Assembly: GCA_002269645.1 (NCBI GenBank)
Contig: NIVC01001638.1
Span: forward strand, 186,001 to 250,000
DNA: 64,000 nucleotides
Origin: Macrostomum lignano
Lineage: Eukaryota
Reading direction: 5' to 3'
The notes below the pieces were generated by a model. That model saw only the letters and a list, made by a program, of their open reading frames with translations. It was not told the origin of the DNA and searched no databases. Shown piece after piece: positions 33,597 through 46,289 of this stretch (the first letter of the stretch is position 1; each line of letters opens with the position of its first letter). The translations under genes and the position numbers were made by a program.

Positions 33597-33734
33597 CTTT
33601 TTATCACTTTGCTTGTCCTTTATTGTCTTTGGCCCATAGACTAAGGCTGCACGCAGCCAGGCCCTTCGCAGTCAGCGTAGACAGGATTCTCACTTTGGAT
33701 GGCTTTATTCTCAGTTAGGCTGACAAAACCAATA
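33436..33734. repeat. Long imperfect palindrome (arms ~128 bp, 42-bp spacer)
   Basis: 33436-33563 versus 33606-33734 in reverse complement, ~93% identical. Confidence 0.88.
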
Positions 33735-33929
33735 CGTACCCGCTTTGTATTTTGTCTGCTTTACCGTCTGTCAATATATCGATAATATGCACCTACATTG
33801 TGTGTTTTTTTGCTGCTCATATACCTATTATGCACCATTATTCACACCTACCAATATGTTTTATCTACTTTTTTATGTAAATATACTCAATTTCGCCTAC
33901 TATAAGTAGTTTTCACTAGCCTAATATCA

Positions 33930-34240
33930 TTGACTACATATCGGTGTACACATACATATCGGGAGAGTGTACTGGGGAGAGTGTACTGGGAAGAGTGTAC
34001 TGGGTAGAGTGTACTGGGGAGAGTGTACTGGGAAGAGTGTACTGGGTAGAGTGTACTGGGGAGAGTGTTCACTCGGGGTGCCTGCGGCATACATATCGGG
34101 GTACATATCGGGAGAGTGTGCATACATATCAGGAGGGTCGCCTGCGGCATGGGCGCCTGCGGCATACATATCGGGGTACATATCGGGAGAGTGCGCATAC
34201 ATGTCGGGAGGGTCGCCTGCGGCTGGACGGCGCTTGGCGA
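33930..34240. repeat. Minisatellites (GAGTGTACTGGG(G/T)A 14-mers; CATACATATCGGG/GCCTGCGGCAT blocks)
   Basis: Visible tandem repeats. Confidence 0.85.
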
Positions 34241-34765
34241 TACGATACGATACGCGTATCGATCACCTAGTGATCGGGGCGCCAGCCAATGAGAGGCGAG
34301 GAGGGTTGACACCCACCTCACCTCCAAAATCAACGGAAACGGGGTTGTATAGTAGTGAGGTAGACCCAAAGTAGTGAGAGACCATATTTAAAATATTTCA
34401 CTATGTACCCAAGGCCGGGCAATTTGAGGCCGCGGAGGCAATAGAGCTTGTGCATGTGGGAGAAATAATTTCTCTACACGGAGCCAGCGTGCCTATGAGG
34501 CCGCCTGCTGGGGGAGAGATTTTCTCTCCCGAAGTCAGCGTGCTCGGGGGTCGCGTGCATGGGAGAGAGAAGTAGCTATTATTATTACTCCATAATTATG
34601 AAATCAGTGAGGTTTGAATACTAGATTTCATGTTTTCTAGTAGAAGTTAATCTCAGTTTTTCAGGGCATTTTTTTCTCGAATACTGTGTTGGGATAGCTA
34701 TTTCAGCCATAAGAGCTTTGTACGTCAATCGATTTTAGTATATGTTGATCTAAGGGGGATTTGGT

Positions 34766-34795
34766 TGTCCCAGAAGCCCCATCATGACAACTACT
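34766..34795 (-). repeat. Polinton-type right terminus, putative end of Polinton-2
   Basis: TGTCCCAGAAGCCCCATCATGACAACTACT matches the Polinton-1 terminal 30-mer at 26/30; weaker second copy at 34959-34986. Confidence 0.7.
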
Positions 34796-34999
34796 ATCCC
34801 GTTTAGATCAGTAGTTAAAATTATGACGATGAGGTAGTTGGTTTTTGGTATTAGGGCATGATGTTTAAATAGATTTTAGTACTCGTAGATAATGATTTTT
34901 TGTTGCACCAGAAAAGGGGTAGTGGTTTTTTTCCCAAAACTTTGCGGAGGGAATTTGCACCAGAACTCCCCTCATGACAACTTAGTGTCATAGTGGGTG

Positions 35000-36070
<1,071 letters not shown>

Positions 36071-37509
36071 TATGTTTAGTTAGCAAACGCACGCACTCGT
36101 TTCTCTTTTTTCCGGACGCGCGCCCAACGGCGGCCCGCCCGCTTTTTATCTCAATCGCCTTAATTGTGGCCTCAGTCGTCTCAAACGGACAGACATGGGT
36201 CGCCGTTGGTGGCGCCTCCGGCCTTGGGGCCGCCGTTGCTCCCGCTGCTTTTTTTTCGCTCTGCTGTCATTTAGCTGCAAATGGTTACAGAAATTCTAGT
36301 GAGTGTTTTTATATAGTAGCCGTGATTTTTGGCCAACCGTGCTTTTGTAAACAGGATTGTCTGTCTTCTGCACCACGTAGAGGTCATCACAACGCAGGAG
36401 TGGTGATCTGGATGTTTGCAAAGTGACCATAAATACCCCAGCAAATTATGCAAAAATGAACTGCAAAGTAGACAGAGTCACAGCAATGAACCAGATCTTC
36501 TGCCACAGCATTTTCTGCAAAGCGGCCAGTCTTGCAAGAGACTGTAGGATTTCTTTACTTAGCATAAAATCGGTGATTTTAAGTTTAAAAAAGACTCCAA
36601 AAAAGTTTTTTGTCGGCTCCAAGGACTAATTAACAACTACTTAACTACTTAACTTACTTAACGTGTTAAGTAGTCCTTGGTTGGCTTTTAATTCGAATCA
36701 AAACAAGCTTAAGTAGCAGTTGAGCGGCCGAATAAAGTGATACTCTGAGCATTCGGATTGGCTGTTGTCTCTAAAGCTGAATGAGACGTGCCTGTCAGAT
36801 TACTGTTAGCACTTGCGCTGCTGGATGTTGCGTTAGTCAGTACAGCAGGAGCTCCCTGCGGCTGCGCTTCCACTGTTGCACTGCTTCCATCCAGTGACGG
36901 AGGAAAAAAACGTGTCCAGGTCCAGGTCCAAGCTCGATGTCGTCAGAAATGCTACTGTAGTTATCAATCTCATCAGATTTGTCTGCCGGGATGTTCGTTT
37001 CAGCTCTCGTGGCAGGTGTAGCAGCGCTCGGTAATTGACAAATACCAACTCAGTATTTTCCAACTGTTCGGCCACCTGAACGCATTCTGCCCTGTTTAAA
37101 TGATGGGGTGATTTAAAGTCGAGAGAATCTGCCGCATGCAAACCTGGTATTGTTTCGCTTGTCACTCTCCATTTGCTTCCAGGGAATGGGGCCTCTATTT
37201 CAAGCTCTCTTGAAAGCACTTCTGCCGCAGCTTCCATTCAGGTTTGAGCAGCGATTTTATCTTCTTGATAATATTCCTCTCCTTTCTTGATTACTTTAGA
37301 AAGCTGTTTCACCGTTGCAGGTAATTCTCATCTCATCTGTTGGTATGGCTGGAGGGATAAAGACGCAGAGAAATTTACGAGCTCTTTTCAAGTGGTCCAC
37401 AATGCTTTTAATCTCTCTCACACGATCTTTGGCCCTCTCTCTCAGAGCACTTTTCTCGTCTGGCGTAAGAGCCTGGAATTCAGCATTGAGAGCAGGTGTC
37501 CATTCTAAA

Positions 37510-37686
<177 letters not shown>

Positions 37687-38039
37687 AATATTGTATATTT
37701 TGTGCGATATACAGGGACAACCAGAAATATTTGACCAGAATAAATGCTAAGGTCAGTGCTAGTTGCTAAAAACTAGTGCAAACATGGTTGAATAAAGATC
37801 TTGAATACGTCGTACTTGCTACAAACAAGTGTGAGGTGTAAGCGCTTTTAATAAAAATGCAATAAAAATTGGCCACCTTTTGAGTAGTGAAGATAACATC
37901 AATGCGCGTATGGTGACAGTCACGGCAGATATCAGTCAGCCTTTTTTTAATTTAGTACTTGGCATTCCGATGTACGGAATACTGATGGTTGGTTTCCTTT
38001 CGGTAGGGTTAGAGGTACGAGCGTAGAGCCAATTTTGTG

Positions 38040-38386
38040 ACAAGCCTAAAAAGCAAAGTACCCTCCACCCTGTGTGCTGGTGTCGTCTATTAATTTGTTT
38101 GCCCTGCTGAGCAGAGCCAGTCGTACATCGGTAAGACTGATCGACACCTGTACACTAGGATTGAGGAACACCGCAAAAAGGCGAGAGCGATTCATGACCA
38201 GCTGCTAATGCGCTACGCGTGTGCCGACATCAAACATGATCAAAAGTTTAAAATTATTGATCGGATTCGACACCACACCACCACAAACTAAATGTGTTGG
38301 AAGCCCTGTACATCAAACAGTTAAAGCCTACCCTGAATGTACAACTGACAGGAAGGGGGGCTAGCACTATCCTTAGAATTTTTTGA
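38040..38386 (+). pseudogene. Penelope-like element GIY-YIG endonuclease remnant
   Basis: GVVY*FVC...SYIGKTDRHLYTRIEEH ... KLNVLEALYIKQLKPTLN; one stop (38091) and one frameshift (~38280). Confidence 0.85.
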
Positions 38387-38456
38387 CTATCCTACGGCTA
38401 CTTAAACCTGGTTTTTAAACTCTTGGCCCGTACTTTCAAATTATTACAAAATATTG

Positions 38457-38497
38457 TCACCTGATCATGCTGACAGTTACAGCGAAACATGTTGTGA
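38457..38497 (+). ncRNA. Minimal type I hammerhead ribozyme fold (core G8 altered to C) in the Penelope 3' region
   Basis: TCAC-CTGATCA-T-GCTG(acagtta)CAGC-GAA-ACATGT-T-GTGA: stem I TCAC/GTGA, stem II GCTG/CAGC, palindromic stem III ACATGT; followed by AATAAA repeats. Confidence 0.65.
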
Positions 38498-38889
38498 ATA
38501 AAATAAAATAAAATATTTTCGTCTTAATATTTGTCAACAATATCTATTGTTGTAAAGAATGCAAATGTTTACAATTATATTCTTGTTTTTGTGCATTTCT
38601 TAAGCGAAGCAGCATTCCTAAAATTTACTTTTAATAAAAGTTTACTCACTTGCAACGCTGTGCTCGCTTTTAAACTGTTGGACTGTCCTATCAACCGTAT
38701 CTGAGGGGAAACAACAGGGAATTTTGCTGTTGTCAGTAAAAGAGTGAACGGTGTAATAAACAAAACTCAAATCAAATGACGCTCACTCAGATCAAATGTC
38801 ACCTGACAGTGTTGCCCCCGACTCTTGGCTCGCAACAATCGCATGGGCAATAAAAAATCGCAGCTACTTCGAAATAAAAAACATTGCTT

Positions 38890-39804
38890 TGAGCATGATT
38901 CTTACCCCGAGAATCTCACAATTCTAACCCCCAGAACCTCACCATTCATACCCCCCAGAATCTCAAGATTTTACACCCATAATCTCACGATTCTTAACCC
39001 CAGAATCTCACGATTCTTACCCCCAGAATCTCACGATTCTTACCCCCAGAATCTCACGATTCTTACCCCAGAATCTTATGATTCTTACCCCCAGAATCTC
39101 ACGATTCTTACCCCCAGAATCTCATGATACTTACCCCCAGAATCTTATGATTCTTACCCCCAGAATCTCACGATTCTTACCCCCAGAATCTCATGATACT
39201 TACCCCGAGAATCTCACAATTCTAACCCCCAGAACCTCACCATTCATACCCCCCAGAATCTCAAGATTTTACACCCATAATCTCACGATTCTTAACCCCA
39301 GAATCTCACGATTCTTACCCCCAGAATCTCACGATTCTTACCCCTTAGAATCTCACGATTCTTACCCCAGAATCTTATGATTCTTACCCCCAGAATCTCA
39401 CGATTCTTACCCCCAGAATCTCATGATACTTACCCCCAGAATCTTATGATTCTTACCCCCAGAATCTCACGATTCTTACCCCCAGAATCTCATGATACTT
39501 ACCCCGAGAATCTCACAATTCTAACCCCCAGAACCTCACCATTCATACCCCCCAGAATCTCACGATTTTACACCCATAATCTCACGATTCTTAACCCCAG
39601 AATCTCGGGATTCTTACCTTCAGAATCTCGGCATTCTTACCCCCATAATCTCACGATTCTTACCCCAAGAATCTCACGGTTCTTACCCCAAGAATCTCAC
39701 GATTCTTACCCCAAGAATCTCATGATTCTTACCCCCAGAATCTCACGATTCTTACCCCAATAATCTCACCATTCCTAGCTCCAGAACCTCATGATTCTTA
39801 CCCC
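38890..39804. repeat. 23-bp satellite GATTCTTACCCCCAGAATCTCAC, left block
   Basis: Tandem units with internal GATTCT/AGAATC inverted repeat and higher-order variants. Confidence 0.97.
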
Positions 39805-40888
39805 CTTGACTTACTTGACTTAGCTGCAGGGGGCGTCCGGCGGATGCAGCGAGGAGGTGGAGGAGACCGCCCATTCCGCTAGCCCCTGGCGACCAATGAC
39901 TTCCATCGAAGCGATGTCGCTCAGGGGGACCCGTCGGTCTCGCCTGCAGCGCGGTCCTCCTCACCGGCGGTGGGGAAGAACTCAGCTCGTCCCGTGTCCC
40001 TGAGGTACCGGGCGAGCAGCGGGATGCTCTCAAGCCTGCAAACGTCGGAGAGAACCGGATTTGGCCCGAGGTGAGTGAGCCTGGCCCTGGTGAAAACCGG
40101 GCACTGGCAGATAAAGTGCTCGGCGTTTTCACTGCCTGAGCGGCAGTAGGGGCACCGCTCCTCGGGTACTTGGCCCTGAAGGAAACGGTGGCGAGAGAAA
40201 GAGCCATGCCCGGAGAGGGCCGCGGGAGTTGATCACCGAGGCGGGGATGGGGGCTCCCGGGCCCGGCCCCAGCAGCGCGCCGGCGGAGCCAGCCTTGGCC
40301 AGCAGGTCAGCGCGCTCGTTGCCGAGGAAGCCGGCGTGGCCCGGGATCCATCTGAGCTCCACCTGGTTGCCTAGCGCAAGCCCGTTGAGCTAGGTGTTGC
40401 AGTCCAGGACGGACCTGGAGCTGGCGGTGCTGCGGCGGAGGGCCCGAAGGGCTGCTTGGCTGTCAGAGTGAAAAATAAATTTCCGACAGCTAAGCTGCCT
40501 TCGGCGCAGCTCTGCCGCGCAGGAGCTGATGGCAAGCACCTCGCTCTGAAAAACACTGCAGTTAAGCCCAGTGTGCTGGGAGTAGCTCCACACCACTTCT
40601 CCCTTAAAGAAGACGCAAGCTCTGAAGCCTGAAAGACTATGCCTCATAGAGCCGTCAGTGTAACAGTGGACTTCAGAATCGCTCCAGCTGTCACTCGCCT
40701 CGTGTCGAGGCTGAATAGTAACCTTATACCTTTGGCTCAGGAGCAGGGTGGCTGGGATCGAGTCCGTGAGGATGTTGAGCCCGCCACACTCCTCGAGAGC
40801 CTTGAGGCAGAGGTCAGAGTGCGGGATAAGCAACCGCTTCTTAAAGGCCCGCACTTTCTTGAAGGCCACCCCAACATCCAAAAGACGC
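39805..40888 (-). mobile_element. 5'-truncated non-LTR retrotransposon 3' end with RNase H domain
   Basis: YTDGS, SVFQSEVLAI, HSDSQAAL, WIPGHAGFLGNERADLLAK; 3' tail (AAGTCAAGT) repeats. Confidence 0.9.
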
Positions 40889-42100
40889 CGATTCTTACCC
40901 CCAGAATCTCACGATTCTTACCCCCAAAATCTTACAATTCTTACCCCCAGAATCTCACGATTCTTACCCCCAGAATCTCACGATTCTTACCCCATAATCT
41001 CACGATTATTTTTTCCAGAATCTCGGGATTCTTACCCCCAGAATCTCACAATTCTTACCCCCAGAATCTCAAGATTCTTACCCCCAGAATCTCACGATTC
41101 TTACCCCCAGAATCTCACGATTTTACCTTCATAATCTCACAATTCTTACCCCCAGAATCTCACGATTCTTACCCCCAGAATCTCACGATTCTTACCCCCA
41201 GAATGTCACAATTCTTACCCCCAGAATCTCACGATTTTACCCCCATAATCTCACGATTTTACCCCCATAATCTCACGATTCTTACCCCCAGAATCTCACG
41301 ATTCTTACCCCCCTAGAATCTCACGATTCTTACCCCCAGAATCTCACGATTCTTACCCCCTTAGAATTTCACGATTCTTACCCCCCAGAATCTTACGATT
41401 CTTACCCCCGGGAACCGCACGATTCTTCCCCCAGAATCTCACGATTCTTACCCCCAGAATCTCACGATTTTACCCCCATAATCTCACGATTCTTACCCCC
41501 AGAACCTCACGATTTTACCCCCATAATCTCACGATTCTTACCCCCCTAGAATTTCACGATTCTTACCCTAGAATTTCACGATTCTTACCCCCTAGAATCT
41601 CACGATTCTTACCCCCAGAATTTCACGATTCTTACCCCCCAGAATCTCACCATTCATACCCCTAGAACCTCACCATTCTTACCCCCAGAATCTCACCATT
41701 CATACCCCTAGAACCTCACCATTCTTACCCCCCAGAATCTCACGATTCTTCCCCCAGAATCTCACGATTCTTCCCCCAGAATCTCACGATTCTTCCCCCA
41801 GAATCTCACGATTTTTACCCCTAGAATCTCACGATTCTTACCCCCAGAATCTCACGATTCTTACCCCCCAGAATCTCACGATTCTTACCCCCTAGAATTT
41901 CACGATTCTTACCCCCCAGAATCTCAAGATTCTTACCTTCAGAATCTCACAATTCTTACCCCCAGAATCTCACGATTCTTACCCCCAGAATCTCACGATT
42001 CTTACCCCCAGAATCTCACGATTTTACCCCCATAATCTCACGATTCTTTTTCCCAGAATCTCGGGATTCTTACCTTCAGAATCTCAGGATTCTAAGGCCC
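40889..42100. repeat. 23-bp satellite, right block
   Basis: Same unit as the left block. Confidence 0.97.
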
Positions 42101-42571
42101 AGAATAAAGAATCACTGCAAGTTGCTGAATATGACAAACTTAGGGGTTAGGCGAGTGACGAAGACCGAACGCAGAACGTGGGCACAAAGCAGCGAGCAGG
42201 GGAGCAACCCCTGGCTGTTCGACGAGTTATTTATTTGAAAGGCTGTTCGATGAACTACGAGCGTATTACTTGAAATTGGTATTTAAAAGACACTAAGAAT
42301 CAAAGAATGCATTACTTCGAATTTTTAAAAAATAAATTGAGCAGGTGTGCGACACCGCGAGCAGAGCACAAGCTGGGGGTTAAAAGCTAGCCGCCCCGCG
42401 ACAACCCCCCAACGCAGACGCCACCCCGCCACCCCTAACACACTTTGTACGCGGCCTACGGCCGCCCACAAAGCACACTTAGGGGTTAGGCGAGTGACGA
42501 AGACCGAACGCAGAACGTGGGCACAAAGCAGCGAGCAGGGGAGCAACCCCAAACTCCAAAAAGCAGGCGAG

Positions 42572-43597
42572 TCAGAGGGGAGAGGAGGCAAATGATGAAC
42601 AGTAGGAGCCAAGGCAAGCAGACATAGATCGACGGGCCGCTAGGTTACCGGCATTGCCATCAGAGATGTACCGCGAAACCGCCGAGCTGCGCCAATCTCC
42701 CAGCAGCTTGATGCGGTCCACGCTCAGCCCAGCATTGAAAGCAAACGTCGCTCCACCACGCCGGAGCGAGTGCGCCGAGAAGCTAGAAGCTTCCAGTCCG
42801 GCCTTGCAGAACAGGCGATGCAGGCGGTGGCGAACCCCCCGCTGAGTCAGAGGCCGCCAGGATCGCGGCGCTGATGAAACTGAGAATATGGGCAGACTGT
42901 GAGACGCATCAAAAAGGCGATTCAGCTGCCAGTGATGTCGGAGCGCAGCCACAGGACACAATCTGAGAGCAGCTGCTGAGCTCGGGCCCATGACCGGGAG
43001 CTGGATGGTGTGAATGCGCTCACCGAACTGCACTGTCTTTGAACGGGCTACAAAGATGGTAACACCAGCGCGGCTGAACTTGACATCAGATATCCTTATC
43101 GCGCTCGCCGAGTCACCCGATTTCTTGCGGGCGCACAGATTATCGAGGCGAAGCATGCCGAACCAGCCCGTGAGCACGAGAGCCCACAGAGCAGCATCTG
43201 CCGGATCTGACAGCAGCAGGTGCTGGCGAATGCGCATCAGATGCTCCGGCCGGAGTGGTTGCTTAGTGGCTGGGGTCCACGACTTGCTTAGGTCCCGTCT
43301 GATTCCTTTTAGGATGAGTGGCAGAATTGGAGCTCGCGCGACTTCGTCAAGACCGAGGCAGCGGCAATACCAGCTCAACGCTTGCAGATGAAGCTGAACA
43401 CTGTTGAACGAAAGTAGGCGAAGAGAGATGTCGGACAGGTAGAGAACGAGAAGCTCCACCGTGGGCTGCTCAGGTCGTTCATTTAGCCCTTGACAGAAAC
43501 GACACCAGGCTCGCCAGACAGACTCGTAGGTCAGCCGTGTCGACTCCGCCAGAGACAACTCGATCAGACGAGCCGCCCGCCCCCGAAGCCGCCGCAC
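42572..43597 (-). CDS. Tyrosine recombinase of Ngaro (intact, 341 aa)
   Basis: GMLRLDNL (R), SKT (K), HSLRRGGA (HxxR), LGDWRS (W), RYI (Y). Confidence 0.95.
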   Translation of the reverse strand: MRRLRGRAARLIELSLAESTRLTYESVWRAWCRFCQGLNERPEQPTVELLVLYLSDISLRLLSFNSVQLHLQALSWYCRCLGLDEVARAPILPLILKGIRRDLSKSWTPATKQPLRPEHLMRIRQHLLLSDPADAALWALVLTGWFGMLRLDNLCARKKSGDSASAIRISDVKFSRAGVTIFVARSKTVQFGERIHTIQLPVMGPSSAAALRLCPVAALRHHWQLNRLFDASHSLPIFSVSSAPRSWRPLTQRGVRHRLHRLFCKAGLEASSFSAHSLRRGGATFAFNAGLSVDRIKLLGDWRSSAVSRYISDGNAGNLAARRSMSACLGSYCSSFASSPL

Positions 43598-45360
43598 CGC
43601 AGGGTCAGGACCTGTAAAAGCAGAAAATGGGAGGCAGCAGAGGCCAGCGCGTGGGAGGCAAATTCAAGCGGGCACACTTGCACAGTGCCATAAAAACGCA
43701 TGCAAAAGTTAATGAGGCCACTCCGAGAATGAAGACGCGAAATGGGGTCAGCATAGGTCTGAAACCAGCCCGGCACATGAAAGAAGCTTAACACAACTTT
43801 GTTAGCGAAACAGAAGAGACCAATGGTCTGAAGCAGGCGCAGCAGCTCAGGGTCCTTAGAAGCAGCCTTGTTGAGGATGAAGACAGCTGGGTCATTGTCA
43901 ACGTAGCATACGACCTTGCACTGGCTCAGCAGCGGGCGCAGCACCATCAGAGTGAGAAGCGGCACGAGAGCTTCTTTGTAGTTGATCGGGTACTTGGCAA
44001 ACTGGCCATTGAAGTCCTTCTCCCAGTCGATGAAGATCCAGTCACAAAAATTGTGGCTGCGGACGATGCAGCCGCCCGCCTTCTCGGATGAGTCACTCTC
44101 CAGCACCCACTCATTGAGATACTTGGGCCAGAGCTCGCGGCCATTCAGCTTTCGGATAGCCAGGGTCCACCACTCCAGCTCGCCACGCAGCGACTCATCC
44201 ATACGGACGCAGTGCCTAGGATGAGCTAGAGAGTTAACTCTGGAGATAAGGTTGCGCAGGAAACTTCTACCCACGGGAGGAGCGACCTGGCACCACCAGT
44301 TAATCTTGCCACACAGCTTCTAAAGCTCCCGCTTAGTCAACCGAGACTTCAGCTTCATCTGCTGGACGAGGTTGACAGTCAGATCGATCTTATCATCGGG
44401 CAGGCAAAGCAAACCAGAACTCGTGTCGATGTTCACACCGAGGTAGGTGACGGTCTGGGCTGAGGCGCTGCTCTTCTCCCAGTTGATGTCGAACCCGAGA
44501 CGTTGGAGAAGGCCAGTTAAAAACTCAAAGGCCTCTTCACACTTGGCTCTACTGTCAAAGGCAAGGCCAAAGTCGTCCAAATAACCAACGACATTGCTAA
44601 AGCCAGACCGCTGCATAATTCGGACAATCGCCTGCGAGATTCTGTGAAAAATGGACACGGAGGCAGCTGCGCCAAACATCAGCCGGGTGTCAACCAGGTA
44701 GCACGGCGAGTCGGCTCCTTTGAATTTCCATTGTAGACCGGCTGCCGGGTAGCAAGAAGGGTGAATGCCAACGGAGCGATAGGCATGCTTGATGTCGACT
44801 TTTGCCACAAAGCAGCCAGGATGGAGCAGACGATAAAATTCATCGATAGACTGAAAGCGGATGCGTTCCTGCTGATGGTAGTGACTGTTGATAGAATTTC
44901 CATACGGAGCGCTGGCGTCGTGAATCAGCCGGATTGATGAGCTGCCCTTAGGGATTGCTGCCAGCGGGCTGACCTTCGTAGGCTTTGTGGAAGACATCAC
45001 ATAGCGGCCTGTTCTTAGCTCTTCTTTAATTTGCTTATCCACGAGCTCCTGGTGCGCGAGCGCAGAGTTGTAGTTAGGCTTAAAGCTTTCGCAGAATTTG
45101 GTATCATCAGTGATCATAAACCCGGCACTAATACCATTTAAGAGAAACTCGGCATCTCTGTCTTCATCAAGATACTTCGACCATTCACAAAAGCGCATGT
45201 CACCGCAGCTGGATGTAGGAAAATTATCAGGAATAAAATCGCGGATTGATGAACTATTTACAATGGCGGGCGGGCGGTCATCTAGTTTTTTGACGCTGAA
45301 GCGTGCAGATGACCCGGATGGTCCCTTCTGCAGATGACGCAAGCATGCTGAAATTTGCAT
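43564..45360 (-). pseudogene. Ngaro RT/RNase H with one in-frame TAG
   Basis: DIKHAYR, LMFGAAAS, YLDDF, YLGV; TAG at 44320-44322 then KLCGKINW; RH motifs LESDSSE, YKEAL, VDNDPA. Confidence 0.92.
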
Positions 45361-46289
45361 TCCTCGCCGAACTTACAGCCGGTATCGCGGTTGAAGAGCA
45401 GGCAGATTTGGCGATTCCTCCTATTCTGTGGCTGCTTTCTACGCTGCAAGTTGCTGTCTATAGCGCTAAGCCGATTCGGAGCAAGCAGGTGTCGTGAGAG
45501 CAACTGGAAAGACTCGTTGTCCCAGTGACGACTGGTTTCATGCTGGAGCCTCCGAAAGCTGTCATCATAGAGCAGGACATTACTGACGTCAAATCCACTA
45601 TTCAGCAGTTCGCCTAACTGGCGGTTGTAGGCAAGGTACTCATGCAACCTTGGAGCAGCGCGCGCTTCCCAGTCAATCATCTCGCCAGATTCGATCAGGG
45701 ACTGGAGAATTCTCGCATTCGCACTTATCCACTCGCCGATGCTAATCTGCTCCAGAGGCTTCTGTCTGGTATTTGTTCCTTTCTTATTGCCAGCGCTGAC
45801 ATTTCCGGAGTCTTCGACGAAGTCAGGTATGAGAAGTGGGCCCCTCTTGGTGGGGTCAGCATCTTGCTCCAGGAGGGGAATATTCTCCAAGGCAGAATGG
45901 GCGGCGCCCCAACTAGCAGAAAAAGCTGGCTTACCATACGTCTTCGTGCCATGGCGTCTGCCGCTGAGCTCGGCTGTCAATTCCGCTTCCTCCTTTTGGA
46001 GCCTCAGTAGCCTGATGCGTTCCTCGGTCGCTTCGATCTCATCGCGCAGGTCCTGACCCTTCGTCGAGCGGTGGCGGTTGGGGGGCGGTGGCTGGGGCTG
46101 CGGTTGGCTGTCGGTCTCGCTGTCAGTTGATTCTTCTCGTCTGCTGGTTGAGTCGTCTTGTTCAGGGTCTCTACCTTGCAGACTTTTCAGGCGCGCTAAC
46201 AGAGTTCTCTTGTTACCATTAGTTGGCTGGCCAGCCGCGGAGAGTTGGGCTTTCAATTCTCGGGCTGTAAGTTTAGCAAGGCTAGCCAT
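45282..46289 (-). CDS. gag: Ngaro gag-like ORF with N-terminal SAP domain and C-terminal CCCH/CCHH zinc fingers
   Basis: LTARELKAQLSAAGQPTNGNKRTLLARL; CLLFN...CKFGEECKFQHACVICRRDHPGH; likely start ATG 46289. Confidence 0.85.
   Translation of the reverse strand: MASLAKLTARELKAQLSAAGQPTNGNKRTLLARLKSLQGRDPEQDDSTSRREESTDSETDSQPQPQPPPPNRHRSTKGQDLRDEIEATEERIRLLRLQKEEAELTAELSGRRHGTKTYGKPAFSASWGAAHSALENIPLLEQDADPTKRGPLLIPDFVEDSGNVSAGNKKGTNTRQKPLEQISIGEWISANARILQSLIESGEMIDWEARAAPRLHEYLAYNRQLGELLNSGFDVSNVLLYDDSFRRLQHETSRHWDNESFQLLSRHLLAPNRLSAIDSNLQRRKQPQNRRNRQICLLFNRDTGCKFGEECKFQHACVICRRDHPGHLHASASKN

Noticed and set aside
38825-41316. ILTPRISRFLPPESHDSYPQN repeat proteins
   Set aside because: Translations of the 23-bp satellite
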